From Balanoglossus misakiensis (lineage: Eukaryota > Animalia > Hemichordata), in NCBI GenBank assembly GCA_040954595.2, contig CM082586.2, forward strand, positions 7,843,337 through 7,907,336: a stretch of DNA of 64,000 bases. Reading direction: 5' to 3'. The notes beneath the pieces were generated by a model that saw nothing but the letters and a program-made list of their open reading frames with translations, made no database searches and was not told the DNA's origin. This document shows positions 13,098 through 23,814 of this stretch, piece by piece; position 1 is the stretch's first letter, and every line of letters starts with the position of its first letter. A program made the position numbers and the translations under genes.

Positions 13098-14588
13098 TTA
13101 CACTAAAATAAGAAATGGGAGTATTCCATTAGATGTCCACAGGAAACAAATTCATAATAGCACATTCTCAAGTAAAAATAGCATCAAGTGAAAAGCCCAT
13201 TAATTATATATATTAATTAGTTTGTTTGTTTGTTTTTCATTCATTCATTCATTCATTCATTCGTTAGCATTTATCACTCATGCAGCTTTCAAACCATTCA
13301 AACTTTAAACAGGATTGACGTACTATATAAATAAATATTAATCCGGTTTATCCAAGCGCACCTACCTCTAGAAACTATTCCGGAAACAGCCCAAGATGTT
13401 TTCACAATTGTATCAAAGCCTTGTCTCAGGTAGCAATTCTTTCCTGTCAGACTATACGCCCAAACAGTACACTGTGAGTTAGCTAAGCAGGCAGCGCAGC
13501 AGTTGTCTGCGTTGTCCATTGTGACAACATCCAAATTCGGTCCTTGCAAGTCCGTGCCAGAATGACCGGAACATTTCATTTCGCCAACAGAGTCTGCAAT
13601 CAAAATTGGTTAAATACCATTTCAGATGTGGAACTAATAACTTTACATTGTGGCCCTGCTGCAATGTCATGACTGCATTCCATAAGAGAGATATGAATAA
13701 TCTTGCCTCATTTTTTTCTACTCTCAAAACATGATCCCACAGGTTTAATGTAAGTGTCAAATACAAACTCAGACAATACAATTTGAATGTGAAACTTGGA
13801 CTGTAGATTAACATCATTTGAATAACTATGGGACCAGTACGGACCCTGAATGTATATGATTGGTACAATAAATAGCGAACCTTACCCAAAGACATGATTC
13901 CACTCACTGCCCACCAAATATTCGCAACTTCAGTGACACTATCGCGCAGGTAGCAGTTCTTCCCCATGGAACTCCATGCGTACGCAATGCATTGTGAGTT
14001 TGCTTCGCAGGCTCTGCAACAGTCTCCGGCTATCTTCACATCCTGAATTGTCTTCAGTGTGTTGCCCCGTAGGTCAGTTCCCACGACGAGTGAACACTCA
14101 GTTGCAGCCGTCATGGCTTTAGAATGGAACAAACAGCTTTTTCTGCATGATTGCTTTCATATTTTTAGGACCTGCAAACGCAGGCATTTTAGAAGCCCTA
14201 TACTCGTGATCGACAAATGTTCAAGTTGGGGGATTATAAGAGTTTGAGTCTCTGTTGTGTAAACATTCACGAAGCTAAATGTAAGTTGTTGCCTTTATGG
14301 TTTGAATACAGAACATATACTAATGTGTGTGTCCAGTTGTGATGTACAAACACATTCATGGCAAAGTTTTAGTTAAAAACACTCAATGTAGCAGCAACTT
14401 CAATATAACACAAGGGTCAAACATGCCTGGTTTAAAGTATTAAAATATTTCCACCATCATTGACCAAAATGCTCACCAAGAAATTAATACGGGAGTGTTC
14501 CACGAATATCCAAAAGAAAGAAATACGACTTACTGGACTCTGAAACGTGTGATACAGCTAACAAGGCGGCAACGAATAACCACATCAT
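13098..14588 (-). CDS. Small secreted protein with two PAN/apple domains; complement join 14534..14588, 13886..14116, 13366..13593, 13098..13102
   Basis: Signal peptide exon MMWLFVAALLAVSHVSES. Two symmetric phase-1 exons (231 and 228 nt) each encode GTDL.G..L.....CC.AC.ANSQC..(Y/W)A(W/Y)S..GKNCYLR...WAVSG. All junctions are GT-AG. TATAAA lies on the minus strand at 14645-14650. Confidence 0.85.
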
Positions 14589-14761
14589 GTTGACTTTTTG
14601 ATGTACACCAAACGAGTATACCCTATACTCCTCACATTGTGACATTTATATCATTTCGATGGCCGACATTATCATGTGACCCCTAGAGTTTTGCCGCTGT
14701 ACTTTTGGTTTACTAGTCACATTTGATGTCTGTCTCTGTACATTGGAAGACTATACCAAAC

Positions 14762-14975
14762 GTAGCTCTTTCTGTTTGCCCTATATCTATAAATCGCTAA
14801 CTTTACTTCACCCAATTCCACCAGTTTGCAGCTATAACTCTTTCTCTATTGCTCTCTATATATAAATCGCTAACTTTACTTCACCCAATTCCACCACTTT
14901 GCAGCTATAACTCTTTCTGTATTGCTCTATATCTATAAATCTCTTACATTACACCCAATTCCACCTATTTGTAGT
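14762..14975. repeat. Three-copy minisatellite of about 70-75 bp; single units recur at about 26330 and 61320
   Basis: Repeated ctctttct..ttgc.ctatatctataaatc...actttacttcacccaattccacc..tttg.ag. Confidence 0.7.
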
Positions 14976-16074
14976 TTTTTTGAGTTTTCCAATTTTATTT
15001 TTGGAAACATGTTTCACTCACATCATCTGTCACCATTGTTGTTTGCTTCGCAGACATGGCTTGAATTAGATTTTTTTAAATGGTGACAAAACATACAGTA
15101 GATTTCAGTTTATATACTGAATCTGTAGAAAAGATTGGAGATTATACCCATCCATTAGAATTTGCAAAAATAAGCCTACATTAGTTCAATTAGCCAATTG
15201 TCCCAAGATATTTCATTGGTAATTGTCTACTAAGAGAGACGCTGTTGTATTTACTACAATCGTAACTGCATTCAAGAGGCTGATGATAAGGGGATGTTAA
15301 GATCATAGCTGAGCTATCTGATGTGAAGGCTTCTAACACTAAAGTCCTATCCAGGTAAGTCCCACCAAAGGAAATTCCATCGCAATTTCTGAACTATTTC
15401 ATCACTATTTTCAACTTTGGGAAGGTTTACTCAGTCTCAACGTTGATACTCATGATGTACCGGTACTACCATCCCACACTTTCCCAACTTTCAGCCGTGT
15501 TTGACACAGTTGACCATGAAATTGTACTACACAGGCTCCAATATCATTTTGGCACTTCTTTTTCAGATCATATCTTGATAATTCCACAATTAAACGAAAC
15601 TTACCTGTAAGTTGAAATTTGATTGGAATTCTACCGAGTGATGTAAGTCAGGAAGGGATCACATGAGATTGCACAAATCTCCCAGAAGTCAGTATTGAAC
15701 ATGCATTGAGTGAATACATTCACATCAAGTCATTACGAATAGTCTCATCATCAGTGAGTGTTATATATCTCATCATATATCTGAGTATCCTCATCATCAG
15801 TGAGTGTTTATATAAATCACTCAGAGAAAAATTGTCAGCAAATGCTTTGAGCATTACAAAATCCCAATGGGTGGGAAAAGTTGCCAGGGTAGGGCATGTG
15901 ATCCCTTCCTGACTTACATCACTCGGTAGAATTCCAATCAAATTTCAACTTACAGGTAAGTTTCGTTTAATTGTGGAATTCTACCTCGTAATGACGTCAG
16001 TCCGGAATCACATGGGATTTGAAAGCAACGTATTCACGAAATGCAACAAATCTATAACCAGTAACAGAGTAACT

Positions 16075-17808
16075 TTATTTCTTGTGTGTAAAGTTTTTCA
16101 ACAAACCTGTGGCAAAAGTATCAGACCTGTCAATAGGCTTGTTATAATATCTGGCAAATGTTGATGTATTTGACCAGCCAGCTTTGCTCAAAATGGCTTC
16201 AATAGGGACTCCCCTGTCCTTAGCAGCGGAAGTAGATGCAGACCTAGTGCTATGAGCTGAAAATCTAGTTAGGTCAATACCTGCTCTGGATAAAACCAAT
16301 TTAATCCATCTAGATATTGTATCTTTTGATACAGCTTTGTAGGGTTTCACGTAGCTAATTAAAAGCTGGGTTTCCTGATTTCTGAGGGTCTTTGTTCTTA
16401 GTAAATATTCTCTTAAGACAAAGACTATGCAAAGGCGTCTGTCTGGCGGAAAAGCTGAAAATTTTTGCTCAGCCTGATGTGCTCCTAGCCTGGTATGTTT
16501 TAGTGGCTTGTCAATAATGAACTTGTAGCAAGACTTGCCAACAATCAACGTCTTTAAATTCAACAAGTGTAACGTCTGTAATCTTTGGCCAGACAAAATG
16601 GCCATTAACATAACTAACTTGAGAGTAAGATCCTTTAATGTCAAACTTTTGACTGGGGATAAATTTCTTAAGTAACTTAACACTTTATCTGTGTCCCAAG
16701 TATCTACGTATCTTGGTAACGCTGGTCTTGTTTGAAAAACGCCCTTCATGAAACGCACCACCAACGGGTGTGTGCCAAACGAACTATTAAACGGTAACTG
16801 TATAACACTAGATAAAGCCGACCTGGCTGTGTTTAATGCACTATAGTGCAAACCTTTTTGATAAAGTTGTGTTAGAAACTCCAAAGCAATTTCTACATTT
16901 GCATAAATGGGATCAATTTCCCTTTCAGCACAGAATGTAAGCCATCTCTGTAAATAGGGTTCATATTGTCTTTGAGTGGATTCTCTCCATGATGACATGA
17001 TAATGGAAATAGTGTCTGCTGAAATGCCTTGACTTTTAAGTCGTTTCCTGACAAGCGGCAAGCTAGTAACACCAGTTTTTGGTGACAGAGGATGGTGTTG
17101 GTCCTTTACTAAAGGATTGATCAAAAGTGTTCGAGTTCTTGGAAGTACTAGTGGCGGCTCTGTCAGCAGTCTCATTGCTTTGGCAAACCAACTTTGTGTT
17201 GGCCAGTACGGAAGGATGATTATCCCTTCTGCTTCCTCCAATTCCACCTTCTGGAGAACTTGGTTGATTATACTGAAAGGAGGGAAGGCATAAAATGTAG
17301 TGTTAGCCCATGAAATTGAAAAAGCATCTACTGCTTGAGCTTCAGGGTCAGGTTTCCAAGAAATGTATGGTTTTATTTGGTAATTCAACCTTGATGCGAA
17401 AAGGTCAATGGTTGGAGTCCCCAATTTTTCAGTTATGGATGCAAAAATGTTCTTATCTAGCATCCATTCTGTTTCCCCCTGGAATTTCCGGGAGCATTTG
17501 TCTGCCAGTATATTTTCTGAACCTGGTAAGTGTGCCGCCGATAACCAAATTCGTCTGTCTATGCACCATAACCATATTTCGTTTGCTAGCTCATTGCATT
17601 TGATTGATTGGGTGCCTCCCATATGGTTTACATAGGCTACTGCGGTAGTGTTGTCTATTTCTATTCGTATGTGAACCTGGCTACAATCAGAGCAAAAGCT
17701 CTTTAAAGCAAAGAATGCTGCCTTTAGTTCCAAGAAATTTATGTGTTCTAATGATTCCTCAGGTGTCCACTGACCCCCTGTGCTGTGACCCTGCCTGACT
17801 GCCCCCAC
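16075..17808 (-). CDS. DIRS RNase H remainder, DNA N6-adenine methyltransferase-like domain and tyrosine recombinase, fused in one frame by an indel near 17080
   Basis: RNase H: HINFLELKA, DNTTAVAY, ADKCSR. MT-like: DLFASRLN, DAFSISW, YAFPPF. YR catalytic residues: SGQR, HSTR, AGW, FARYY. Confidence 0.9.
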   Translation of the reverse strand: MGAVRQGHSTGGQWTPEESLEHINFLELKAAFFALKSFCSDCSQVHIRIEIDNTTAVAYVNHMGGTQSIKCNELANEIWLWCIDRRIWLSAAHLPGSENILADKCSRKFQGETEWMLDKNIFASITEKLGTPTIDLFASRLNYQIKPYISWKPDPEAQAVDAFSISWANTTFYAFPPFSIINQVLQKVELEEAEGIIILPYWPTQSWFAKAMRLLTEPPLVLPRTRTLLINPLVKDQHHPLSPKTGVTSLPLVRKRLKSQGISADTISIIMSSWRESTQRQYEPYLQRWLTFCAEREIDPIYANVEIALEFLTQLYQKGLHYSALNTARSALSSVIQLPFNSSFGTHPLVVRFMKGVFQTRPALPRYVDTWDTDKVLSYLRNLSPVKSLTLKDLTLKLVMLMAILSGQRLQTLHLLNLKTLIVGKSCYKFIIDKPLKHTRLGAHQAEQKFSAFPPDRRLCIVFVLREYLLRTKTLRNQETQLLISYVKPYKAVSKDTISRWIKLVLSRAGIDLTRFSAHSTRSASTSAAKDRGVPIEAILSKAGWSNTSTFARYYNKPIDRSDTFATGLLKNFTHKK

Positions 17809-19004
17809 CCTTTTTTGGAGGCGTCAGATTGTAACCAAATAGTGGGCTGGTCATGTGAGACTGGTTTAGAGACAGTAGTTATCTTGGTTATCCACCATTG
17901 TAAGTCATTTTTGTCATTATCATTGAGTGACATGCTTGCATCGTAATTCCCACGTGCAGATTTCAGTGCTTTTATTTTGCTAAGTTCTAAATTTCGATAG
18001 AACAGTGGCCCATGTTGATTCCCAGGAAATGATGATACCATTAGTCCTATGACGTGAGCAACCTCTCTGATTGTGGTTTTCATACTATCTGATAAGGATT
18101 GGCAAGCCCTTTGTAATTTCTGAGCTTTCTCCTCTGTCAATGAAATTTTCATTTGATAAGAATCCAATAAAAAACCCAAGAATATCAATCTTTGTGTGGG
18201 TATCATAATTGATTTTTCCTGATTTGGAGTGAATCCTAGCTCTAACAATAGTTGGTAGGTATAGCGTATGTTCAGCTGACACTCCTGAAAATTGTCTCCT
18301 TGCAAGTAGGAGTCGTCAATATATGGTGCTGAAATATGTCCCATGTTTCGTATATGTGCAAAAACTGGCTTTAAAAGCTTAGTGAATAGTCTAGGCGCAC
18401 AGGCCAAACCATTTGGGAGACAGGTGAACTGATATAATTGTTTTCTCCAGATAAATTTCAAATATTTCTGGTGATGATTTGCAATGGGCACTGAGTAATA
18501 AGCATCTTTCAGATCTATGGATGCCATATAGCAGTCTTTCCGCATCAGGGTTATTACCGATAATAGTGATTCCATTTTAAAATGGTGATATGATACATAT
18601 TTGTTAAGGTCTTTCAAATTTAAAATTAACCTGTAATCGCCATTCTTTTTTGGCCTGATGAAAATGGGGGAGATGAATTCCCCTTCACAATGTGTAGATG
18701 GTATGATAACCTGCTTATTACAAAGCTTTGTAATTTCAGAGTCAATAATTGTCTGTTCCTGTTCTGTGAACTTTATGACTCTAATTGCCGACCGCTGCGG
18801 GGGTATCATATCAAATTCTATTTCACAACCTTTGACTATGCTTAATATTTTCTCATCCGAGGTTATTTCTCTCCATTTATTAATGTGCATTCTCAGAGCA
18901 CCTGCCACAAAGGGTTTGATTGTGTAGGAATCATTGTTGTTCTCACCTTTTTTACTGACCTTAGTCATCTCTATTTCTGTGACCCTTCTGTCCCTTTCTT
19001 CCAC
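17748..19004 (-). CDS. DIRS reverse transcriptase and start of RNase H (frameshifted near 17805)
   Basis: SIDLKDAY, LPNGLACAPRLFTK, YIDD, FLGFLLDS, SDASKKGWG. Confidence 0.9.
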   Translation of the reverse strand: MEERDRRVTEIEMTKVSKKGENNNDSYTIKPFVAGALRMHINKWREITSDEKILSIVKGCEIEFDMIPPQRSAIRVIKFTEQEQTIIDSEITKLCNKQVIIPSTHCEGEFISPIFIRPKKNGDYRLILNLKDLNKYVSYHHFKMESLLSVITLMRKDCYMASIDLKDAYYSVPIANHHQKYLKFIWRKQLYQFTCLPNGLACAPRLFTKLLKPVFAHIRNMGHISAPYIDDSYLQGDNFQECQLNIRYTYQLLLELGFTPNQEKSIMIPTQRLIFLGFLLDSYQMKISLTEEKAQKLQRACQSLSDSMKTTIREVAHVIGLMVSSFPGNQHGPLFYRNLELSKIKALKSARGNYDASMSLNDNDKNDLQWWITKITTVSKPVSHDQPTIWLQSDASKKGWGQSGRVTAQGVSGHLRNH

Positions 19005-20437
19005 TGGGCATTGTACTGTGGTTTTTTGTGGAGGGAATAGTAGTTTTTTCCCTTTTGTTGGCTTTGGTAGTTTGTCCTGTAGCCTGATCGACCATAGTTG
19101 GTGCGTTGGTTTTGATACTTCTGGTTTGTTGACACCTTATATCCAACTCTATTTGTGGTGTTGATGTCATTTACTTGTTTAGGAAGATCATCTCCAAAAA
19201 GGAAGGTTGTTATTGGTACTTGTCTAGAACACAGCTGTCTGTATTGTTGATTTAGATCAGGCCTTATGGCAGCTCGTCGTCGCTGGTTTATTTCCCAGCA
19301 GCCTTGACCCATGAAGGTTAAAGCATCTGTCAGCTGTTTGACCAAGGTTTGTGCGTTAACTGTTACCAATGGTTTCTGTGGTTTCAGTAAATTATCAGTT
19401 ATGAGTAGCATGGGAATCATGGCCTTTATCAAACACTTCTGTATTGACTGTAATTTGATATCACGAGAGCGTGTATCTGGTTTGACTTTGTGCCAAATTT
19501 CTTCATTTACCTTTGCTGCTACTACTTTATCACAGTTTTCTGGTGTCAGATATTGTTTAAATTTCTCTCTTAGCGTTTCTTTGCTCAGTGGCGTGGCCAT
19601 CATCTTGTTGGCTATCTCCGCCAGTTTGGTACTGATCGGCGGCCCGAATTTCTGATCTTCCAGATCCAACTCCTGCGCCAAATCGTTTAGCCAGTCCTCC
19701 GACGGCTGTCCTGAGCTAGTAGTGGCTTGAATGTCGATCTCATTGTCTGTACTTGCACAGTCTTGTGAGCCCTGTGAAGCGCGTGTACGTTCGTTGTAAT
19801 CGAACAAGTTAGCGACTGCTGTGTCAATGTCGTTGACCTCTTCTTCCGGGGTCATTTCACGCACTTCCCGCTCATTTTCCGTATGTAGGAAATTCGCAGG
19901 ATTTCCATCAAAATCACTTGGATCGCCGGTGATAGGTATTTTTAGCCTTTTTGGCGTAGGGTTTCTGTCATGATTTTCGATTTCTGCCTCTGCGGCACGT
20001 TTGCGATCCATCCTTGTTATGGCATCGTTCAATGCCTGGGACACACTGCTGGACATTGCGTGTGCGAACGAGTTCATCGACTGTTGCTGCATTGCTGCAA
20101 AGCGATTTAAAGCAGTACTAAAATCCTCCTGAGCATGGGGTCCAGACTGACTTTCACCCCTAGGAAAATTTGGTGGGATGTCTGCCGCTATTGGGGTATC
20201 GATCTGGGTTCGCCCCGTAGCGGGTCGGTGTTCGTTCAGCAGAGAAGATGTACGTCTTCCTGAGCGTACCGGTGGTGTCGGATCACGCTTATCTGTCGAC
20301 ACATGTGTCTTCGCACCTGTAGTCCGAGACGTTTTTGGATCATCCGGTTTTTTGGTTTTAGCCCCTGAGGGTTTTGCGGCAGTAGATTTGTCTTTACCGC
20401 TAGATGTGTCAGCGACTTCGGGGTCGACTGCCGCCAT
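18971..20437 (-). CDS. DIRS gag-like ORF1 (488 aa)
   Basis: First ORF of the element, with a low-complexity N-terminus and a C-terminal region typical of DIRS ORF1 (PENC..VNEEIW..D..LQ.IQ; RR..IRP; LFGDDL). Confidence 0.85.
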   Translation of the reverse strand: MAAVDPEVADTSSGKDKSTAAKPSGAKTKKPDDPKTSRTTGAKTHVSTDKRDPTPPVRSGRRTSSLLNEHRPATGRTQIDTPIAADIPPNFPRGESQSGPHAQEDFSTALNRFAAMQQQSMNSFAHAMSSSVSQALNDAITRMDRKRAAEAEIENHDRNPTPKRLKIPITGDPSDFDGNPANFLHTENEREVREMTPEEEVNDIDTAVANLFDYNERTRASQGSQDCASTDNEIDIQATTSSGQPSEDWLNDLAQELDLEDQKFGPPISTKLAEIANKMMATPLSKETLREKFKQYLTPENCDKVVAAKVNEEIWHKVKPDTRSRDIKLQSIQKCLIKAMIPMLLITDNLLKPQKPLVTVNAQTLVKQLTDALTFMGQGCWEINQRRRAAIRPDLNQQYRQLCSRQVPITTFLFGDDLPKQVNDINTTNRVGYKVSTNQKYQNQRTNYGRSGYRTNYQSQQKGKNYYSLHKKPQYNAQWKKGTEGSQK

Positions 20438-21687
20438 GATGTGCGTTAGCGTGGATGTGAGACAAATCCCGCTGGACAGTTTTTCTGTCGATTTGTGAAA
20501 TTCTTCACAGAATTTTAGATCCAGGGGTTATTCAACCCAAGAACGGAGACCTCCGGTCTGCCAAGTGTTCGTTAAAATTACGAATTTGAGCTTTTTACGC
20601 CAATTTTGGCGAGAGCTCTGAAACAACGTGACTTCTACTTACGGGGTAGAAATGCGCACTGACTTCTGGGAGATTTGTGCAATCTCATGTGATTCCGGAC
20701 TGACGTCATTACGAGGTAGAATTGTTATCAGTACATCAACGTACAATGTACAAAGATGAAGTACGCCATCCCCAAGGTTCGGTGTTGGGTCCTGTTCTGT
20801 TCACTCTCTTTACGGCACCTCTTGAAGACATCATTGTTCATCACGGTTTAAACTACATGATGCATGCAGATGATTCACAGGTCTATGTTGTTTGTGATAG
20901 AGCGAATGAAGTCCAAGTCTCTGTCGAGGTATGCCTTGACGAAATTCAGAGCTGGATGAAATCGGACATGTTTACTCTTAATGATGACAATTAAGATTGA
21001 AGTGGTTTAGTTTTCATCACGTCTCAGATTGGATGTAGTGAAACTTTCCAGCATTAGGATCAGCGAATCTGATATTGTCCCCTGTTCTACAGTTCGTAAT
21101 TTGGTGTTATGCTTAACCATAATGGGTTGATATCTTTATCATATCACTCACATATGCAGGAATGTTTTTTTATTCAAGGAGAAAGGTTTAGACAAGGAGA
21201 AAGGGTGGAGTGGGCCTTCCTCCGTAAAGTACTCGAGCAGTTGAATTTTGGCCCAGTTGTTTGCAATTGTGTTGATATTTTGTATACTGATATTTAGAGG
21301 GTGGTTCTTTGCCATTGGCTTTACCAACAACAAAGTTGTTTTGAAACGTGTGTGTGTGTGTGTCAGACCGGGCTGTCTGTTATCGCCATCTTGTATGTCC
21401 TTTTTGTAGAACGATTTGTGGCCACTGTTCATATCGACCCTGGCATTGCCAGTTTTGCATTTTCAACACTGGGGTAGGTAGTGAAGTGACAAGCTACTAC
21501 TTCATGTCAAAGTGTATGCTAGATCGGGCATCGACATTGCTAAGTTTAATGTTAAAAATATTTATCAATTTGTGAACATATACCGGTACTGCGTATGTCG
21601 CGACAGAATTTTAATGTTTGGTAGAAGTCATTCACTTGTATGCTTCAGTCCAGTGTTGACATAGTTCCATAACCCAGAGTAATATTA

Positions 21688-22323
21688 GGGACCGTTCAGT
21701 TTTTTTACCACGGAACTTTTGCTTTCGAGTCCACAAAAATGCAGTTTCGCGCCATTTATTCTACAAAATTTTCTAATGTGGGACCCCCCCCCCCCTTTGA
21801 ACAGGCCCCAAAAATACCCACCCCCCTCCATTCTTTGCCACATTTCATTTATTGGCTGGCTTGTCTATTGTACCAGGGCAGACTTCTTGCCCTTCTTGCC
21901 ACCTCACCCCCACCGATGCTTACTTTGAGTGGAGTGGCAAAAGTTAAAATTGTTCCTCCCCAACATTGAGTTAATTTGCTTTTGAGTTCATTAAAATGCA
22001 ACACACCCACCCCGCCACTTTTCTTGTTTTACCAATTCTAACAACTATTGTATTGACTTGTCATTTTAATTTGTTCATAGATTTCTTTATTGCAATGATA
22101 TACTATTATTTACTTCAATTACTTTAACCAATTTATAATTGAGGTGCGAGGAGCCTCATTCCCTTTATTGCATACAGTCTACATAGGATCAGGACAGCGA
22201 ATGTTTTCGGCATGGGGGGGGGGATCATCATTGTTTGGTCCTGGGAGAAGAGTGGGTCGGCCTGATTATGAAAACCGATGACACAAACTTGCCCCCCCCC
22301 AGCCGTAAAAACTGAACAGTCCC
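21688..22323. mobile_element. PIF/Harbinger-type MITE (GGGACCGTTCAGTTTTT TIR, TTA TSD), internally deleted copy
   Basis: tta|gggaccgttcagtttt ... aaaaactgaacagtccc|tta; internal sequence shared with 46473-47378. Confidence 0.8.
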
Positions 22324-22789
22324 TTATGATTGTGTAATGGATAGGTGGCAGAACAAGATATTACTCATCATTGAGTTCATTTGTAAGAAAGATTAAGGTG
22401 ACGTGTTCCTGTTATGAATTAATATTTGACTGATGTACCGGTATATGAGGTGGGACAATATCTTAGACGACCATGGAGAATCCTGTGTAATTCATATGTC
22501 TCACCAGTTAGAAACCAGAACTCAGTGTTACCGCAAAAAATGGATGCAAGTCTCTGTGTACGTAAGGTTTATGATCTGCCGGGTATGTTTGTAAGTGTTT
22601 TGGGTGGATGTGGAGATTTTATACTCACAGCTTTCAGACATGACTAATTCCCAACGAGGTAAATGTCCGCTAGATGTGAGATGCAACGCGTACCAATATA
22701 TGTAATGGATTTAAAAGCATATAAAGACCTCTGCAGTGTATTTTCAAAACTGGGTAACGACAAGGCCCTCATTTATATTCTGTCAAGCT

Positions 22790-23358
22790 ACTTCTGCATG
22801 TCAAATTTAATGCCCAACCGCGCATTGCCATTACCACAATTGATTCAGCAATCCATGAATACACATGAATACATCACCTTACAAATTTACCTGTACACCA
22901 CTTAGTGTGAGCCAGCCACCCAACTTAATTGTAAATTTTTGAGAAATAACATCGAACAAGTTATAGATGGTTATATAGACTGTTTAATATCCTTTTGAAT
23001 TGTCAATAGAAGATTAGAACGACAAGGAAGTACCACTTCCGTGTATAACTTCGCCATGGAGCCTTGGTAGTTTCCCGAATTACACTAAAATAAGAAATGG
23101 GAGTATTCCATTAGATGTCCACAGGAAACAATTAATAATAGCATATCCATCAAGCCCATTAATTATATATATTAATTAGTTTGTTTGTTTTTCGTTCATT
23201 TATTCAGACATTCATTAGCATTTATCACTCAACCCAGCATGTCACCCTTTCAACCACCACTGCCTTCTAACCATTCAACCTGTTAACAGGATTATAACAT
23301 TCTATATCAATCTGGTTTATCCAAGTGCACCTACCTCTAGAAACTATTCCGGAAACAG
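22790..23358 (-). pseudogene. Duplicated 3' remnant of the PAN/apple gene (tail of exon 3, last intron, last exon and 3' UTR)
   Basis: Closely matches about 12800-13388; truncated at ..ccggaaacag, after which homology stops. Confidence 0.8.
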
Positions 23359-23714
23359 TCATCTGACTACTCATTAATATGCGCACGCATCTGATTGGTC
23401 ACTTCAGTAAACTTTCAGTACCTTTGACCCTATATGAATATTAATGAGCACTTCCATATATAGGGATCGGGGAGAGTGCACAGAGCAGTTCCAAATTAAA
23501 ACAGTCTTTTTATTTTATTTATTTGGTTTAATCCCACACTACTGAGGCTTAACCGCACATTTTTGCTGCTGCATGCTAGTTCAGGGGCCCGTTTTAGCAG
23601 TGCTATATTGAGTATTTTAGCATGTATGTATGTATGTATGTATGTATGTATGTATGTATGTATAGATTATACCAATTTTCTTTTCTCCAACTACCCTAAT
23701 TGTATGTATGTATG

Positions 23715-23747
<33 letters not shown>

Positions 23748-23814
23748 GGAAAAATAGTGGTTATTACTCTGTCTCTTATTATTCCACATATTACTTGCTT
23801 TGTTCTATTCACAG

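Larger units (their letters stand above)
15580..20722 (-). mobile_element. Full-length DIRS1-type tyrosine recombinase retrotransposon
   Basis: ITRs: catgagattgcacaaatctcccagaagtcagt (15662-15693) and its complement (20658-20689). The internal complementary region at about 15895-16013 pairs with both outer ends. Contains gag, RT, RNase H, methyltransferase-like and YR coding regions. AAT occurs at both junctions. Confidence 0.95.
15480..21110 (+). mobile_element. CR1/L2-clade LINE RT fragment split by the DIRS insertion (15480-15579 and 20723-21110); uninterrupted paralog at about 62400-62950
   Basis: FDTVDHEIVLHRL before the insertion; PQGSVLGPVLFTLFTAPLEDIIVHHGLNYMMHADDSQVY after it. Confidence 0.8.

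Noticed and set aside
14762-14975. Regularly spaced repeats as a CRISPR array (also 63368-63540)
   Set aside because: Contiguous minisatellites without unique spacers; no cas genes; eukaryotic context
17310-20498. Plus-strand ORFs inside the DIRS element
   Set aside because: Antisense shadows of gag and pol with no recognisable motifs
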